Source of the DNA: Bacillota bacterium
GTDB lineage: Bacteria > Bacillota > Sulfobacillia > DUMF01
Length of the DNA: 64,000 bases
Direction of reading: 5' to 3'
Assembly: GCA_049718765.1 (NCBI GenBank)
Contig: JBNARI010000002.1
Span: 10,052-74,051 of the forward strand
The notes beneath the pieces were generated by a model. The model was not told the origin of the DNA, ran no database searches, and worked only from the letters and a program-made list of their open reading frames with translations. Numbering within the stretch: position 1 is the first letter of the stretch; each line of letters begins with the position of its first letter. Of the stretch, positions 20,033 to 30,683 are shown in pieces. The translations under genes were made by a program, and so were the position numbers.

Positions 20033-20794
20033 TCACAAACCGGTATACGCTGCGGCAGCGCCAGCAGCGGAGCCGGCGGAGCGCAATGCTGCACCGAAGT
20101 ACCCCGCCGCCTCATCGTCCCGCGCAAAGCCCAGGCTCGTGTACCTGAACAGCGCAAAACCGTCCTTCAGCTCCGCATCCCACGTGTACCGCGCCGTCAC
20201 GCCCCTCGCCGCACAGGTCTGCGCCGCCTCCATAGCCCCGGTCTCCGACGGCGCAACCACAATAACCCGCGCCTCCGGGTCAAGACCGCTCACCGCCCAG
20301 TCCAGCCACACGTCCTCCTCAGGCCACAGCCTCGGCGCCAGCACCAGGTACGTCCTCTCACCCGCACCCAGAACCGCAGTCGGCCAGTCCTCACCCGTGG
20401 CCTCATACTCCACCGCCCCGCCCAGCACCGCGTACAGCTGGTTCGCAGCCACAGTCCTCAGGATGTGCGGCATCCGGCACCCGCGCGCTTCCACACCGAG
20501 CACCTCCAAAACCCCGGGGCCCGGCATGTACACCGGCGGCGTCCTGCCGGTCTCAAGCACGTCCAGGTACCCCGCCCCGTGCAGCACCCTCAGGTGCTTC
20601 CCGGCACACGGCCCCAAAACCCGCACCGCCTGGCGCCGCGTGAAAAACTTCAGCTTCCCCGCAAGCTCCAACAGATGCGCCTGCGCCTCCGCCCTCACAA
20701 CAAAGCAAGGGTCGGGCGGCCGGGACATGCGCCGGAACGCAAGAACCCCGTCCCGGCTGCCGCAGAAAGGCCCGTACACCTCCCGCAGACCCAT
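20033..20794 (-). CDS. Replication-relaxation-family-like protein
   Basis: Start set at the internal Met 'MGLREVYGP' to avoid overlap. The winged-helix-like 'FFTRRQAVRVLGPCAGKHLRVLHGAGYLDV' resembles PF13814 proteins of Firmicute mobile elements. Tentative. Confidence 0.35.
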   Translation of the reverse strand: MGLREVYGPFCGSRDGVLAFRRMSRPPDPCFVVRAEAQAHLLELAGKLKFFTRRQAVRVLGPCAGKHLRVLHGAGYLDVLETGRTPPVYMPGPGVLEVLGVEARGCRMPHILRTVAANQLYAVLGGAVEYEATGEDWPTAVLGAGERTYLVLAPRLWPEEDVWLDWAVSGLDPEARVIVVAPSETGAMEAAQTCAARGVTARYTWDAELKDGFALFRYTSLGFARDDEAAGYFGAALRSAGSAAGAAAAYTGL

Positions 20795-20811
20795 GCAGAT
20801 CACCCGCCCGA

Positions 20812-21792
20812 TCACACCACCCGGCGCAGGGACAGGAGCCTCACGAACCTGCACATCATCGCCCTGTCCTCGACATCCACGCCCGTCACAACCACCAGGC
20901 ACTTCGCGCCAACTGCCAGCTTCGAGTACGCGAACTTGCGCAAAAACCCCACTACGCCCGGCTCAAACTCCACCATGAAGCTCCCCGGAAACTCCCTCTT
21001 CACCACAGCCTCGTAAATGCCGCCCTTCACGTACCGCACCGGCACCGTCTCCCACGGGTCGGGCAGGTTCGCCTTCACCGAAGCCCTCAGCACGCCCTCC
21101 TCCTCGTCCGCAGCGACTACCCTCAGCCTGAACACCTGCCCCGGCACCACCACGCGCCTCGCGTCCGTGACTTCCCCGTAGGACAGCTGACCCGCAGGCA
21201 CCACCGCGGGCACGCCTCCCGCGTCGCAGAACACAACCCTGGGCAGCACCCACCGCACAACACCCGGGCGGTTGTAGTTCAGTGACATGCCCTCCTCGCG
21301 CAGCGCCGCCGCCCGGGCCGCAAGCTCCTTCTGCTTCTCCGGGTCGGCGCTCCCCCTGATCTCCTCCTGCAGGGCCGCCAGCTCCTTCCCTATCTCCAGC
21401 AGGCGCGGCGCCCTCGCCCTCACGTCCGCCCACGTCTGCTCCCTCAGCTCCTTCACAGCCGACGCGCGGTCGAAGTACATCACGCCCGCCTCGCGGTCGC
21501 ACCGCTTCACCTTCACCACCACGTCCAGCCCCACAAGGTTGACGGGCGTCCCCCGGAACACCTCACCCACCTCTTGGGGCAGCACCACCCCCTTCACCTT
21601 CGGGTCGCCCAGGTCCAGGATCAGAGCCTGCCCCCCGTCCACGGACTCAACACCGGCAACCCTGAACTGCAGGACCCTCCCGGCAACTTCTGCCTCCTGC
21701 AGCTCGTCCCACACGTCCTTCCCGCCCTGCACGGGCTCCCTGTAGCCTTCAGCCGGCAACCTCGCCATCACCGTTTGCCTCCCTCCCTGCAT
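20812..21792 (-). CDS. S1-like OB-fold repeat protein (three S1-like segments)
   Basis: 326 aa. Repeated 'KG..V.G.V......G.FV.L..G..G.L' patterns, for example 'VKGVVLPQEVGEVFRGTPVNLVGLDVVVKV' and 'VKGGIYEAVVKREFPGSFMVEFEPGVVGFL'. Confidence 0.4.
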   Translation of the reverse strand: MQGGRQTVMARLPAEGYREPVQGGKDVWDELQEAEVAGRVLQFRVAGVESVDGGQALILDLGDPKVKGVVLPQEVGEVFRGTPVNLVGLDVVVKVKRCDREAGVMYFDRASAVKELREQTWADVRARAPRLLEIGKELAALQEEIRGSADPEKQKELAARAAALREEGMSLNYNRPGVVRWVLPRVVFCDAGGVPAVVPAGQLSYGEVTDARRVVVPGQVFRLRVVAADEEEGVLRASVKANLPDPWETVPVRYVKGGIYEAVVKREFPGSFMVEFEPGVVGFLRKFAYSKLAVGAKCLVVVTGVDVEDRAMMCRFVRLLSLRRVV

Positions 21793-22057
21793 CAGAATCT
21801 TCGACGCATCTCACAAGGTCCAGAGATATCAGCTCTTCCATCCACTTCCTGACCTGCTGCTTCGTGACCCCGAGGTCCGCAGCCAGCTCCCCTTCGCCCG
21901 GGTACACACCCCACATCGCGGCGTAGTGCCTCAGCAGGATGTACACGGCCTTCGCCCCCACAGACGTCCGTGGGTCCTTCATCACAACCGCAGGCACAAC
22001 GCAGTAGCCTTCTGCCTCGATCGGGTCGGCAAAAGTCAGCGCCTTTTTCAGATACAA
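21749..22057 (-). CDS. Small HTH-domain protein (mobile-element regulator-like)
   Basis: C-terminal 'GELAADLGVTKQQVRKWMEELISLDLV' is HTH-like. The TTG start has a very short RBS spacer, so the start is uncertain. Confidence 0.35.
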   Translation of the reverse strand: MYLKKALTFADPIEAEGYCVVPAVVMKDPRTSVGAKAVYILLRHYAAMWGVYPGEGELAADLGVTKQQVRKWMEELISLDLVRCVEDSDAGREANGDGEVAG

Positions 22058-22082
22058 TCACCTCCCTCGTGAGACAAAAAAC

Positions 22083-22114
22083 TAGCGGCCGCCTCCTTGT
22101 AGCGGCAGCCGCTG
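22083..22114 (-). terminator. Putative intrinsic terminator downstream of the DUF3368 gene
   Basis: On the minus strand, AGCGGCTGCCGC...GCGGCCGCT forms a stem-loop followed by TTTTTTG (plus-strand A-run 22075-22081). Confidence 0.35.
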
Positions 22115-22307
22115 CCTGGACCAGCTAACTCATTTGATGTCTCGCACTGTATCGGGCGAGCCTGTGGTTGTTTCCACTTGTAGGAGTTCCACCGCCTGCG
22201 AGTCGGAAACCATCGCCGTGTCGGCGGGGAACCCATTGCTCGGGTCGTACGTGCACGTCGCAGTCCCGGTGACCGTGTACCATGCTCGCACCGGGTGGAT
22301 TTTGACG

Positions 22308-22799
22308 TCAGCCCTCCCGGATCAACTCGACGGCTTTCCTCACCACTGCTTTGGATACGCGAAAGTTTGTCCTGGTGAGATTCTCGATGGCGGCAAGGGC
22401 CTCTTCCTTTGCTAAAATCCCCTCCCTGACAGCTTGAACCAGCAGGCCCAAGGTACCTACTGCTGCAATACCGCTGGCCTCCACTGTCTTTCTAGCCTTT
22501 TTGTCGTCGGTAAGCACTGCCCTAGCGCCTATCTGTCGTGCGAGGACGATGCACTCGCATTCGCCCCTGCCCCTAAGGCCCGCCTGCAGAAGGGCGATCA
22601 TTTTTTGGTCTTCGACCCTCTCGACCCGGAGCCAGCCTGCTTCGACCGCCTCGGCCAGTTCTTCGCTCTCCGGGAAGTCCCCCATCACTTCCCGGTAAAC
22701 GCCTTCCGGTACCGCGACAGTGCCCCACAGCCTTTCCAGAAGCCAGAGCAACCCTATCCGGCTGAGGCCGATAAGAACGGTGGCGTCACTTACCACCAT
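22308..22799 (-). CDS. DUF3368 PIN-like domain protein (toxin-like partner of UPF0175)
   Basis: 163 aa. 'VVSDATVLIGLSRIGLLWLLERL' and 'CECIVLARQIGARAVLTDDKKARK' are typical of DUF3368. The stop overlaps the upstream UPF0175 gene. Confidence 0.55.
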   Translation of the reverse strand: MVVSDATVLIGLSRIGLLWLLERLWGTVAVPEGVYREVMGDFPESEELAEAVEAGWLRVERVEDQKMIALLQAGLRGRGECECIVLARQIGARAVLTDDKKARKTVEASGIAAVGTLGLLVQAVREGILAKEEALAAIENLTRTNFRVSKAVVRKAVELIREG

Positions 22800-23058
22800 C
22801 CGATCTCAACCTCTCCAGGACTTCCAGATCACTCACCAGATCTTTCTCGTCGTAGTCCAGGTCAACCCCGAAGTCGGCAAGGGCCTCCAAAAAGGAGGAG
22901 TAGCTGGTACCCGAAAGCTCCACCGCTTTGCCCAGGGATATCTTCCTCTCGGCATAGAGGGAAACGGCAAGCCTCTTCATTATTTCCCTGGCTGGGTCGC
23001 GACGGAGCCCCAAGGTCTCTCGGATTTCGTCTGGTATGCGCAGGATCACTTCCGTCAC
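22786..23058 (-). CDS. UPF0175 family antitoxin-like protein
   Basis: 90 aa. 'LAVSLYAERKISLGKAVELSGTSYSSFLEAL' matches the UPF0175 pattern. Genetically coupled to DUF3368. Confidence 0.55.
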   Translation of the reverse strand: MTEVILRIPDEIRETLGLRRDPAREIMKRLAVSLYAERKISLGKAVELSGTSYSSFLEALADFGVDLDYDEKDLVSDLEVLERLRSDGGK

Positions 23059-23826
23059 TCAGACCACCCCGCAACCAAAAGCATTACGTCCAAACATTCC
23101 ATCGCTTTCCGGTCAAGCTGCGACATGGTACGTTACTTTGCAAGGACTACCACTTTGGTAGCGCCCCTTCACATCCGCGCCGCCGCGCATAAACTTCAGC
23201 CACAAAGCCATCGGCGTCAAAGTCAGCCCAGGAACCGGCCGCCTTCTCAAATCTCCTGGCATCTTCCTCTTTCACCCTTTCGCGCTCTAAAGCGTTCAAC
23301 AGTATATTCTCTCCCTCTCTGCTGAGGCGTCTGATTTCGTTAAGTTTCCTCTCTATCGCAGCCAAAACCATTCCTCCCTGCAATCATTATATCTCGCAAG
23401 CACCCCATCTCTCCCAGCGTTTTGAAAAGACGATTATGTTACCCCTGCCCGCCCGGCGGAGCAGACGCGGTGCTCCCGTCTGCCACCGAGTACCGCCCAC
23501 CGCGTTCCAGTAGCCGTATGAGATCGATCTCTGCAAACGGCATGTACCCTCGCCGGAAAGCATTCCAGAACGCCCGGCACCGGCTGTCCCTCAAGCAGAC
23601 CTCCAGCCACCGGAGCTCTTCCGGGCTCCGCATAAGGGCATTCAGGAGTTCCTCCTCGGTATTCAGCTACACACTGAGCCCGAGTTCACAAAGGCACACC
23701 CGGAACCCAACCTGGTGGGGAGTTCCACATGTCTGCCGCTTTCACCATACGCCGTTTCGAACCGCCCGCCGTGCGCAGTCGTGCGGGGTGTCCAAGCCCC
23801 GCCGCCAGGACGCGGAGCAGCACACC

Positions 23827-25110
23827 TCAACGGATCAGCCTCACCTTGGGCGGCAGGCTGTAGCGGCCGATCTGGAGCAGCGTCACGCGGTCGATGGACG
23901 GGGTGACCGCAGGGTCCGGGCTGGAAAGAAGCGCACGGTAGCCCAGCGACGGACCGGACGGCACTTCCTGCACCTCGGACGGCACCGCGTCCGTCCAGGT
24001 GAAACCCCCGTCCGTGCTGACCTGGAAGACCAGGCCGCACCCCGACGGCACCTGGTACTCAGCCTCCAGGTACACCAGCTCCACCGGGACCTCGGACGCC
24101 ACCACCACCGACCGGTACTCCGCAGAGGGCCGGTACCCTCCCCAGACCTCACCGGAGAGCGACCGCGCGGGGTCGAAACACCACCCCGAACCAGACCAGG
24201 CCAGATACCGCGCACCCCAGTCCGTCACAACGACGAAGTCCAGGTCGCCCCACAGCGACACGGCGCCACCGAAACAGGCTTCAGGAAGCACGACGTCAAG
24301 CGACGGCACCCTCACCACGCCCTCGGGCCCAAAGCCGTAGCACAGCACCCGGTCCCCGACCACCACCCCGTAGCCTATGCCGTGCTGCACCACACCCGAA
24401 GCGCCCTCAGCAGGCACACCGAAAGCAGGCACCTCCCGGAAGGTTGCGCCGTCAAAGCCGAAGCAGCGCACCCGCCCCGCGTCCAGCACGGCAAGAAGCC
24501 CGCGCGGGGCATACCACGAACCGGACACCGCCCCGGACAGCAGCAGCCTGAAAGCCCCCACCTCGCGCCACGAGGAGCCGTCAAAGCCCAGGTACCGGGC
24601 CCAGGTGGAGCCCACCACCCAGAAGTCCGCACCGAACGCGGGCTCCAGGGCCACTGCCCCTGCAAACCCGCTCAGGGACGCCACCTGCCGCAGCACGCCC
24701 TCCGGGTCCCGGCCCCACACCCGCACTTCCCCCGAAGAGGAAACAGCCGCCAGAAAGCGGCCGTCCGAAGAAAACGCCGCGGCGAATACACCGGGAAAGG
24801 ACGCGTCCAGCCTTGAGTCGCGCACCAGCCGGGAGCCGTCAAACCCGTACCCGCGCAGCCCGTCCGGAGCAGCCGCCACCAGGCTCATCTCCGAGGGGTG
24901 CAGCGCAACCCGGCCCCACTCCCGCGGCAGAACCACCAGGCCGGGCGGAACAGTGTCCACCACGGCCGTCGTGCGCAAAGAATCGGTCTTCGAGAAGTCC
25001 AAATAGTCATCCTCCACCCATATCAGGGGCGGCAGCCCCTGCGCCCGCACGAAGGAAGGGGCCGCCGCCAGGACCAGAGCCGCAAGCAGAAACGTGAGCG
25101 CCCGGCGCAC
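23827..25110 (-). CDS. Secreted repeat protein (beta-propeller-like)
   Basis: Signal peptide 'MRRALTFLLAALVLAAAPSFVRAQG'. Recurrent 'GFDGS.../CFGFDGATFREV/ GYGFDGSRLV' blades. Confidence 0.55.
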   Translation of the reverse strand: MRRALTFLLAALVLAAAPSFVRAQGLPPLIWVEDDYLDFSKTDSLRTTAVVDTVPPGLVVLPREWGRVALHPSEMSLVAAAPDGLRGYGFDGSRLVRDSRLDASFPGVFAAAFSSDGRFLAAVSSSGEVRVWGRDPEGVLRQVASLSGFAGAVALEPAFGADFWVVGSTWARYLGFDGSSWREVGAFRLLLSGAVSGSWYAPRGLLAVLDAGRVRCFGFDGATFREVPAFGVPAEGASGVVQHGIGYGVVVGDRVLCYGFGPEGVVRVPSLDVVLPEACFGGAVSLWGDLDFVVVTDWGARYLAWSGSGWCFDPARSLSGEVWGGYRPSAEYRSVVVASEVPVELVYLEAEYQVPSGCGLVFQVSTDGGFTWTDAVPSEVQEVPSGPSLGYRALLSSPDPAVTPSIDRVTLLQIGRYSLPPKVRLIR

Positions 25111-25148
25111 AGCCCTCCCCCCTTCCTCGCAACTCTACTGGAGCTCCC

Positions 25149-28019
25149 TCAAGGCACGAATATGCCCAGCGTCCTCTGCACCGCGTTCCCGGCCTGGTCC
25201 TTCACAACCAGCAGGACAGTGCGGTAGCCCGAACCGCCGCCGAGCGTCACGGGGATCTGCGCCGCATACGAGCGCCACGTGGCGCCGCCGTCCACGCTCA
25301 CCTGCAGGTCCTCCCGCCGCGTGAAGTTGTCCCGAGCGTCCAGCACCAGCGTGGCCCGGCCACCCGGAGCAACAGTCGCGCCGCCAAGCCAGCCCGCCTG
25401 CACGTCGGGAGGAGTCCTGTCCAAGACGAAGTGCACCACGTACACGCTCCCGTCCGGAAGCCTCGCGTACACCGTCTTGTGACCCTCCCAGTCGGGCAGG
25501 GTGAAGGTCTTCTGCGGCAGTACGGGCTCGGCAGCAAGCCACTTCATCCCGTCCAGGCTGTACTGCACGTAAGAGGCACCCGGCGCGTTGAGGCGCAGCC
25601 CCACCTGCGCCCCCGTCACGAACCGCACCTGGTACGCCTGCCCGGTGAAGTACGCCGCCCCGCCGTAACCGGAGTCGGACCAGAACACTCCCGGCGCGGA
25701 CTGCACCCCGCCGCCGGACGTCTTCAGCGCGATCCGCGCGTACGCCGTCCCGATGTTTCCGGACTGGTCCTTCACCTGAACGTACACCGTCTTGGTCCCG
25801 TCACCGGAAGGCAGAGCCCAGCTCCTGTAAGGCTGATACGGCCCCCAGTCCGTCCAGCTGGAAAAATCGTTCGAGAACCGAGCCTGGAGACCCGTGGCAG
25901 GAGTCAGGTCGTCCTGCGCCTTCACCTCGAGTTGCACCTGCGGGCTCGACGTGGCGTCGGCCCCGCCGTTGATCACCAGGCTCACCTGCGGGGCCTGGGC
26001 GTCAACCAGGTAGTAGAAGATCTCGTCGGAGAACGTCGCGCTCACGTTCCCCGCCGCGTCCTTCACCTGGCCGTACACCGTCTTCTTGCCGAACGTCGAG
26101 GTGTCAAGCTTCCACTGGTACGTCTCCTGGTAGGGCACCCAGTCCTGCCAGTTCGTACCGTCGTTCGAGAACCGCATCCAGGCCACGCCAGATGCGTCAT
26201 CCGACGGGTCGGAAGTGTGGTTTGGCTGCGCGGGGTCGGAAGCGGTGATCCTCAGCGTCACCGACGCCCCGCCCGCCACCATCTGGTCCTCGTTTACCAC
26301 CACACTGCCCGCCGGGGCCTGGGTGTCCGTGCGGTTCGGCAGCGTGGGCTGGTAGAGGTTCGCATCCCGGCTGCTCTCACCCGAAGCGTTGTACGCAGTC
26401 ACCCGGAACCAGTAGTTGTTGGCCGAGTCGTAAGCAGTGCCCACTGTCTTCCGGTACAGCTTGTTCGGCGTGTCCCGCAGATCCAAACCGGACTTGTCGT
26501 GCCGGAAGAGGTCCGAAGACACCGCGTTGTCGGAGTAGGAGTCGAGCACCGACTCCGGCGGGTAGATCTTTTCCTCGCGCGAGTCCCAGTAAGTCCGGCT
26601 GCCAACGTCAAACGCCCGGTAGGCGTTGCCGTCGAACACGTAGACCTTGTACCCGGTCGCACCCTGCACCGGCTGCCAGGTCAGCTTCACCCAGCCCCTG
26701 CCGGCGGAGTTCGACCAGTCGAGCGCACTGCACTCGCCAGAAAGCGTAGTGACGTCCGGCGGGGCCGTGTACCGCTCGCCCAGGTAGGTCCAGGCAGTCT
26801 CCACGCCAGCCGCGTTCTTCGCCTTCACGTAGACCCGGTACGGCGTGCCCGGGGACAACCCGGAGAAGGTGTAGCTGAGGGCGGTCGTCCATCCCGACGA
26901 CGCGAGCACGGAGCCGCCCTGGTTCCGCAGCTCCGCAAAGTACTGCACGCCCGACGGGTTCCCGTTGGCCGTCCAGGAAGCCGTCAGTGAAGTCTGTGTC
27001 GCAGAGAGCGACCCGGCCCCGGGAGCGTAGGCCAGAGGAGTGGCGAACACCTCATCGGATTGCCACTCGTTGCCGCCCTCAGAAAGCACCGCAGAAAGCG
27101 CCACGCCGTACCTGACCAGCGGGCTCAAGCCCGAGATGGTGTAGGACAGCGCCGTGGTGGTCGCGCTCTGCCAGGACCCGCCTTCGGGACGCCACCACAC
27201 CCGGTAGGTCAGGCCGTCCCTGACCTTCGGCCAGGAAACCGTGATGCTGCCGGCACCGGGCGTCGCCGACGAGATGCCGGGGGCCGTCCAGTACGAGGTC
27301 TCCGGCGAGAAGTTCGACCACATGCCGTCGTAGTACGCGCGCACCCGGTACAGGTAGTATTTGCCCGAAGCCTGGTCGGTTGTGGTGAATTCCGTGGCAG
27401 TACCACTGTAAATGGCTTTGTCTTCGGCCACGCTGCCGTCGGGGTTTACGGTTTTCCGCCAGAGCTCGTACTGTGTCCCCGAAGGGTTGCTGTTGGCAGA
27501 CCAGCTCACCCGCACGTTCCACTGCGACGGAGAACCGCCGCCGAGTACCGGCTTGCCCGGATCAAAAGGGGGTCTACGCAACAGCACCTCGGGCACATCC
27601 GCCCAGGCAGTGCCACCCGCGTGGCTGTGGCCGCTAGAGATCGCAACCTTCAGCGCGATGACATCATAACCGGAAGCCGCAAAGTCAACCCAGAAGTCCC
27701 CGTTCAGGTAGTTCCAGCTACCCCAGTAGCTCCAGGACGACGTGCCGCGCCGCATGTAGTAGAGATAGCCGTAATCATACGTGTACGAGTACCCCGCGTA
27801 GTGCGGCCGCCCTTGCATCTTGAAATGCGCTTTCAAGATTTGCCAGCCGTTGGGGCTGTACCACGTCTTCTCAACCCAGGTGTAGTCTGCACTGGTCGAC
27901 GCGTACAGCGCACCGCCCGTACTCGTCACCGCATCCACCGCACGGACGGGCCTGACGGGCACGAGCGCCAGAAGCAGCACAGCAATTGCCAGGGACGTCA
28001 CGACTCGTCTGTACCACAC
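25149..28019 (-). CDS. Large secreted surface protein with multiple fibronectin-III-like/Ig-like repeats
   Basis: 956 aa. Signal peptide 'MWYRRVVTSLAIAVLLLALVPVRPVRA'. Repeated roughly 90-aa modules ending in '...YRVYVKAKNAAGV/ YRVRAYY...' typical of Fn3. Confidence 0.65.
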   Translation of the reverse strand: MWYRRVVTSLAIAVLLLALVPVRPVRAVDAVTSTGGALYASTSADYTWVEKTWYSPNGWQILKAHFKMQGRPHYAGYSYTYDYGYLYYMRRGTSSWSYWGSWNYLNGDFWVDFAASGYDVIALKVAISSGHSHAGGTAWADVPEVLLRRPPFDPGKPVLGGGSPSQWNVRVSWSANSNPSGTQYELWRKTVNPDGSVAEDKAIYSGTATEFTTTDQASGKYYLYRVRAYYDGMWSNFSPETSYWTAPGISSATPGAGSITVSWPKVRDGLTYRVWWRPEGGSWQSATTTALSYTISGLSPLVRYGVALSAVLSEGGNEWQSDEVFATPLAYAPGAGSLSATQTSLTASWTANGNPSGVQYFAELRNQGGSVLASSGWTTALSYTFSGLSPGTPYRVYVKAKNAAGVETAWTYLGERYTAPPDVTTLSGECSALDWSNSAGRGWVKLTWQPVQGATGYKVYVFDGNAYRAFDVGSRTYWDSREEKIYPPESVLDSYSDNAVSSDLFRHDKSGLDLRDTPNKLYRKTVGTAYDSANNYWFRVTAYNASGESSRDANLYQPTLPNRTDTQAPAGSVVVNEDQMVAGGASVTLRITASDPAQPNHTSDPSDDASGVAWMRFSNDGTNWQDWVPYQETYQWKLDTSTFGKKTVYGQVKDAAGNVSATFSDEIFYYLVDAQAPQVSLVINGGADATSSPQVQLEVKAQDDLTPATGLQARFSNDFSSWTDWGPYQPYRSWALPSGDGTKTVYVQVKDQSGNIGTAYARIALKTSGGGVQSAPGVFWSDSGYGGAAYFTGQAYQVRFVTGAQVGLRLNAPGASYVQYSLDGMKWLAAEPVLPQKTFTLPDWEGHKTVYARLPDGSVYVVHFVLDRTPPDVQAGWLGGATVAPGGRATLVLDARDNFTRREDLQVSVDGGATWRSYAAQIPVTLGGGSGYRTVLLVVKDQAGNAVQRTLGIFVP

Positions 28020-28110
28020 ATTGGATCACCACCCCTTCGCTAGCAGAATAGACAGATAGACAGACTGGGCGGGGCCGGACGTCAACCCGCCCCGCCCCTG
28101 CTGCCGGCGA

Positions 28111-29333
28111 TCAGCGACCCTGGTACTGCGGCGGAGTCCACCAGTCGGGCTCCTCGTCCGCAGCAGGAGGCACCGGCGTGGTATCCCCGCCGCCCTGCGC
28201 CTGCACCGTCAGCACCGTGGACACCGTGAACCGCCGGTCGGCGTACCCGGCCTGGCCTATGACCGCCTCGAACACAAGCGGGTACACGCCCGGCCGCACG
28301 TTCACCGGCACCTGCAGCACACCGCGCAGCTTCCCGTCAGCGCCGGGCACGAGCACCGCAGAGCCGCCCCAGCCCGCAAAAGCGTTCACCTGCCGGCAGG
28401 TCCCCGTCACAGCAGCCACCAGCGGCACCATCGTCCCCACCTTCGCCACCGGAAGCTCGGGGTACGCCATCAGCGCCCTGACGTCAGGAGGCACGTACGA
28501 GCTGCCACCGCCGGACGAGGACTGCTGAGGCTGCGGCTGAGAAGATGGCATGGACGGCAGCACCACCGTCAGCGAGCCGCCCACCTCCTCCCAGCCCGCC
28601 GGCGGGTTCGGGTTGTACGAACCATACCCTACCAGGTACTGGTTCGGCCCCACCGTCGTCCCGGGCGTCCAGCTGGTCTGCACGGTGGCCGGCGTGTTGA
28701 TGTCCGTCAGGACCCAGCCGTCCTTCACCTGGAACCCGGCCTGCGCGAGCAGCTGGCCGATCTGCGACTCCGCCGGGACCGCACCGTACCCGGGAGAACG
28801 CGGGTCATCCGGACCGTACGCACGCTCCTGCACGTACACGTTCATGCCGCCCACAACCGTTGTGCCGTCCGGAAGCACCACGCTTATCTCCTGCACGCCC
28901 GAGTACACCGTGTTCTCAAGACCGGCAATGCTGGAGTAGGGATTGGTGGTGCCCGCACCCTGATAGGCCGACACGGACGAGCCGCCGGAAGAGCCGCCGG
29001 ACAGGCTGCTCGGCTTGGTGACGCCGCCCAAACCCAGGGTCGTGGCCGGGTGGCTGTCCAGCCAGTCCTCGGTCACCTGCTGGCCCACCTGGGTGGGGCT
29101 GCTTGCGTACTGGTTCTGGTTGTACGTCCCGTCCCACGCAAGGCGCTCGCCGACCTGCTGCCCGGAACCGGAGTACACCAGGTTCCCCGAAGAGTCGAAC
29201 ACCTTAATGTTGTCCCCACCCGCCCAGGTCACAGTGTGACCGTCCGCAGTCGTGTAGTCGGCAAGCGCGGGCTGCACCTGCGCCAGGACCAGGCAGAGAG
29301 CCAGAGCAAGCGCCAGAGCGCACCTCTTCACAG
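28111..29333 (-). CDS. Secreted Ser/Gly/Thr-rich hypothetical protein
   Basis: Start reassigned to GTG at 29333, with RBS GGAGGTG 8 nt upstream. Signal peptide '(M)KRCALALALALCLVLAQVQPALA'. The annotated 5' extension to 29529 is rejected. Confidence 0.55.
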
Positions 29334-29462
29334 ACTTCACCTCCTTTCCACGAGCAAACTGCAAAGCCGGCACACGTCTCACACCAGCTTCACCTCCTTC
29401 CCAAAATAACGGGACAAAAAAGAAAAGGGCCGCCCGCCGAAGGCGGCCCGTCCGAAAACACG

Positions 29463-30683
29463 CTACTCCTTGTGCAGGTTGAACCCCTTCGCCAGCACGC
29501 GGCCCTCTACCAGGTCGCACAACTTCCACCTGCCGCCGTCAAGCCGCAGGCAGAAGACAGTCTCATACCGCACCTGGCCGTGAGGAGCACCGTCGTACGT
29601 GTGAGGCTCGTGCACCCACACCACCTTCACCATGGCCCACCGGTCGCAAAGCCAGACGGGCTCGACCGACTCAACCCAGTTGGTGCCGTACCAGAACCTG
29701 GGGTCGTCGATCCGGAGGTTGATGAAGCCGCTGACTATACCCTCGCCTCCGCCAAGGAAGTTGCCGAGGCCCCGCCCAACCTGCTTGTTCATCTCGGGGT
29801 AAACGTACCAATCCAGGTTCGGAGCCGTGTACCACTGGCCCAGCTCCCGCCTGAACGTCGCAGGGGCGTCCTCCGGAAAGCCCCTGTACTTCTTCAGGAA
29901 CGCAGTCATCGCGTCGAACGCTTCCTGGACAGCCGGCTTCAGGTCCTCGACCTTCGGCGGGTTCTTGTCCAGCTTCCTCACCAGCCGCATCATCATCGCC
30001 GCAGCCTCGGCGCGGCTCGCCTTCTCGTCCGGCTTGAACGTCGAGTCCGGGTACCCCCGCACGATCCCAAGCCCCGCAGCCACGCTGATCTCCCGGAAGT
30101 ACCGGTAGTCCGGAGACACGTCCAGGAACGCAGCCTGCGTGCCGGGGTCCTTCACGCCCTCCGCCAGCGCCGCACGCCCAACCCACGCCGCAATCTCAGC
30201 CCGCGTGATGGGAGCACCCGGCACCAGCTCCCCGCCGTACTCCGACGGCACCACGACCCGCCGAAAGACCAGAGCACCCACGTAGGGCGCGAACCAGTCC
30301 TCCGCCCTCACGTCAGAAAACCCCTCAACAGGCCCACTCCAGCCCTCGTGCCTCAGCACCCGCGCAAGAGCAGTGGCGAACTCCGCCCGCGTGATCTCGC
30401 CGCTCGGGCGGAACTCGGGACCCGTGGGCCGCGTCCACTGCCTGCCCAGCCACTCGAAACTGTGCGTCCCCGTGGGATACCCCAGGAACACCTCGAACGA
30501 AATGGCGTCGTTTATGTCCTGCGCAGCCCAGCGGTACGCACCGCCCTCCTTCTGCCACAGGTCACAGTCGACCATCGCTTCCGGGTTGAACGCGAGCGCA
30601 GAACCCGGAAGCACCCCCAAAACAACCAGCACCGCCGCGCACAGCACGGCAACTCTCTTGGCCAACTTCACCAAGACCAACAC
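29463..30683 (-). CDS. SLH-domain protein
   Basis: Signal peptide, then three SLH motifs ('FRPSGEITRAEFATALARVL', 'GAPITRAEIAAWVGRA', 'YPDSTFKPDEKASRAEAAAMMMRLV'). Confidence 0.7.
   Translation of the reverse strand: MLVLVKLAKRVAVLCAAVLVVLGVLPGSALAFNPEAMVDCDLWQKEGGAYRWAAQDINDAISFEVFLGYPTGTHSFEWLGRQWTRPTGPEFRPSGEITRAEFATALARVLRHEGWSGPVEGFSDVRAEDWFAPYVGALVFRRVVVPSEYGGELVPGAPITRAEIAAWVGRAALAEGVKDPGTQAAFLDVSPDYRYFREISVAAGLGIVRGYPDSTFKPDEKASRAEAAAMMMRLVRKLDKNPPKVEDLKPAVQEAFDAMTAFLKKYRGFPEDAPATFRRELGQWYTAPNLDWYVYPEMNKQVGRGLGNFLGGGEGIVSGFINLRIDDPRFWYGTNWVESVEPVWLCDRWAMVKVVWVHEPHTYDGAPHGQVRYETVFCLRLDGGRWKLCDLVEGRVLAKGFNLHKE

Noticed and set aside
28111-29529. The long 472-aa start for the secreted protein
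   Set aside because: The first 66 codons are Arg/Gly-rich and overlap the upstream SLH gene. A GTG at 29333 with a GGAGGTG RBS yields a canonical signal peptide.
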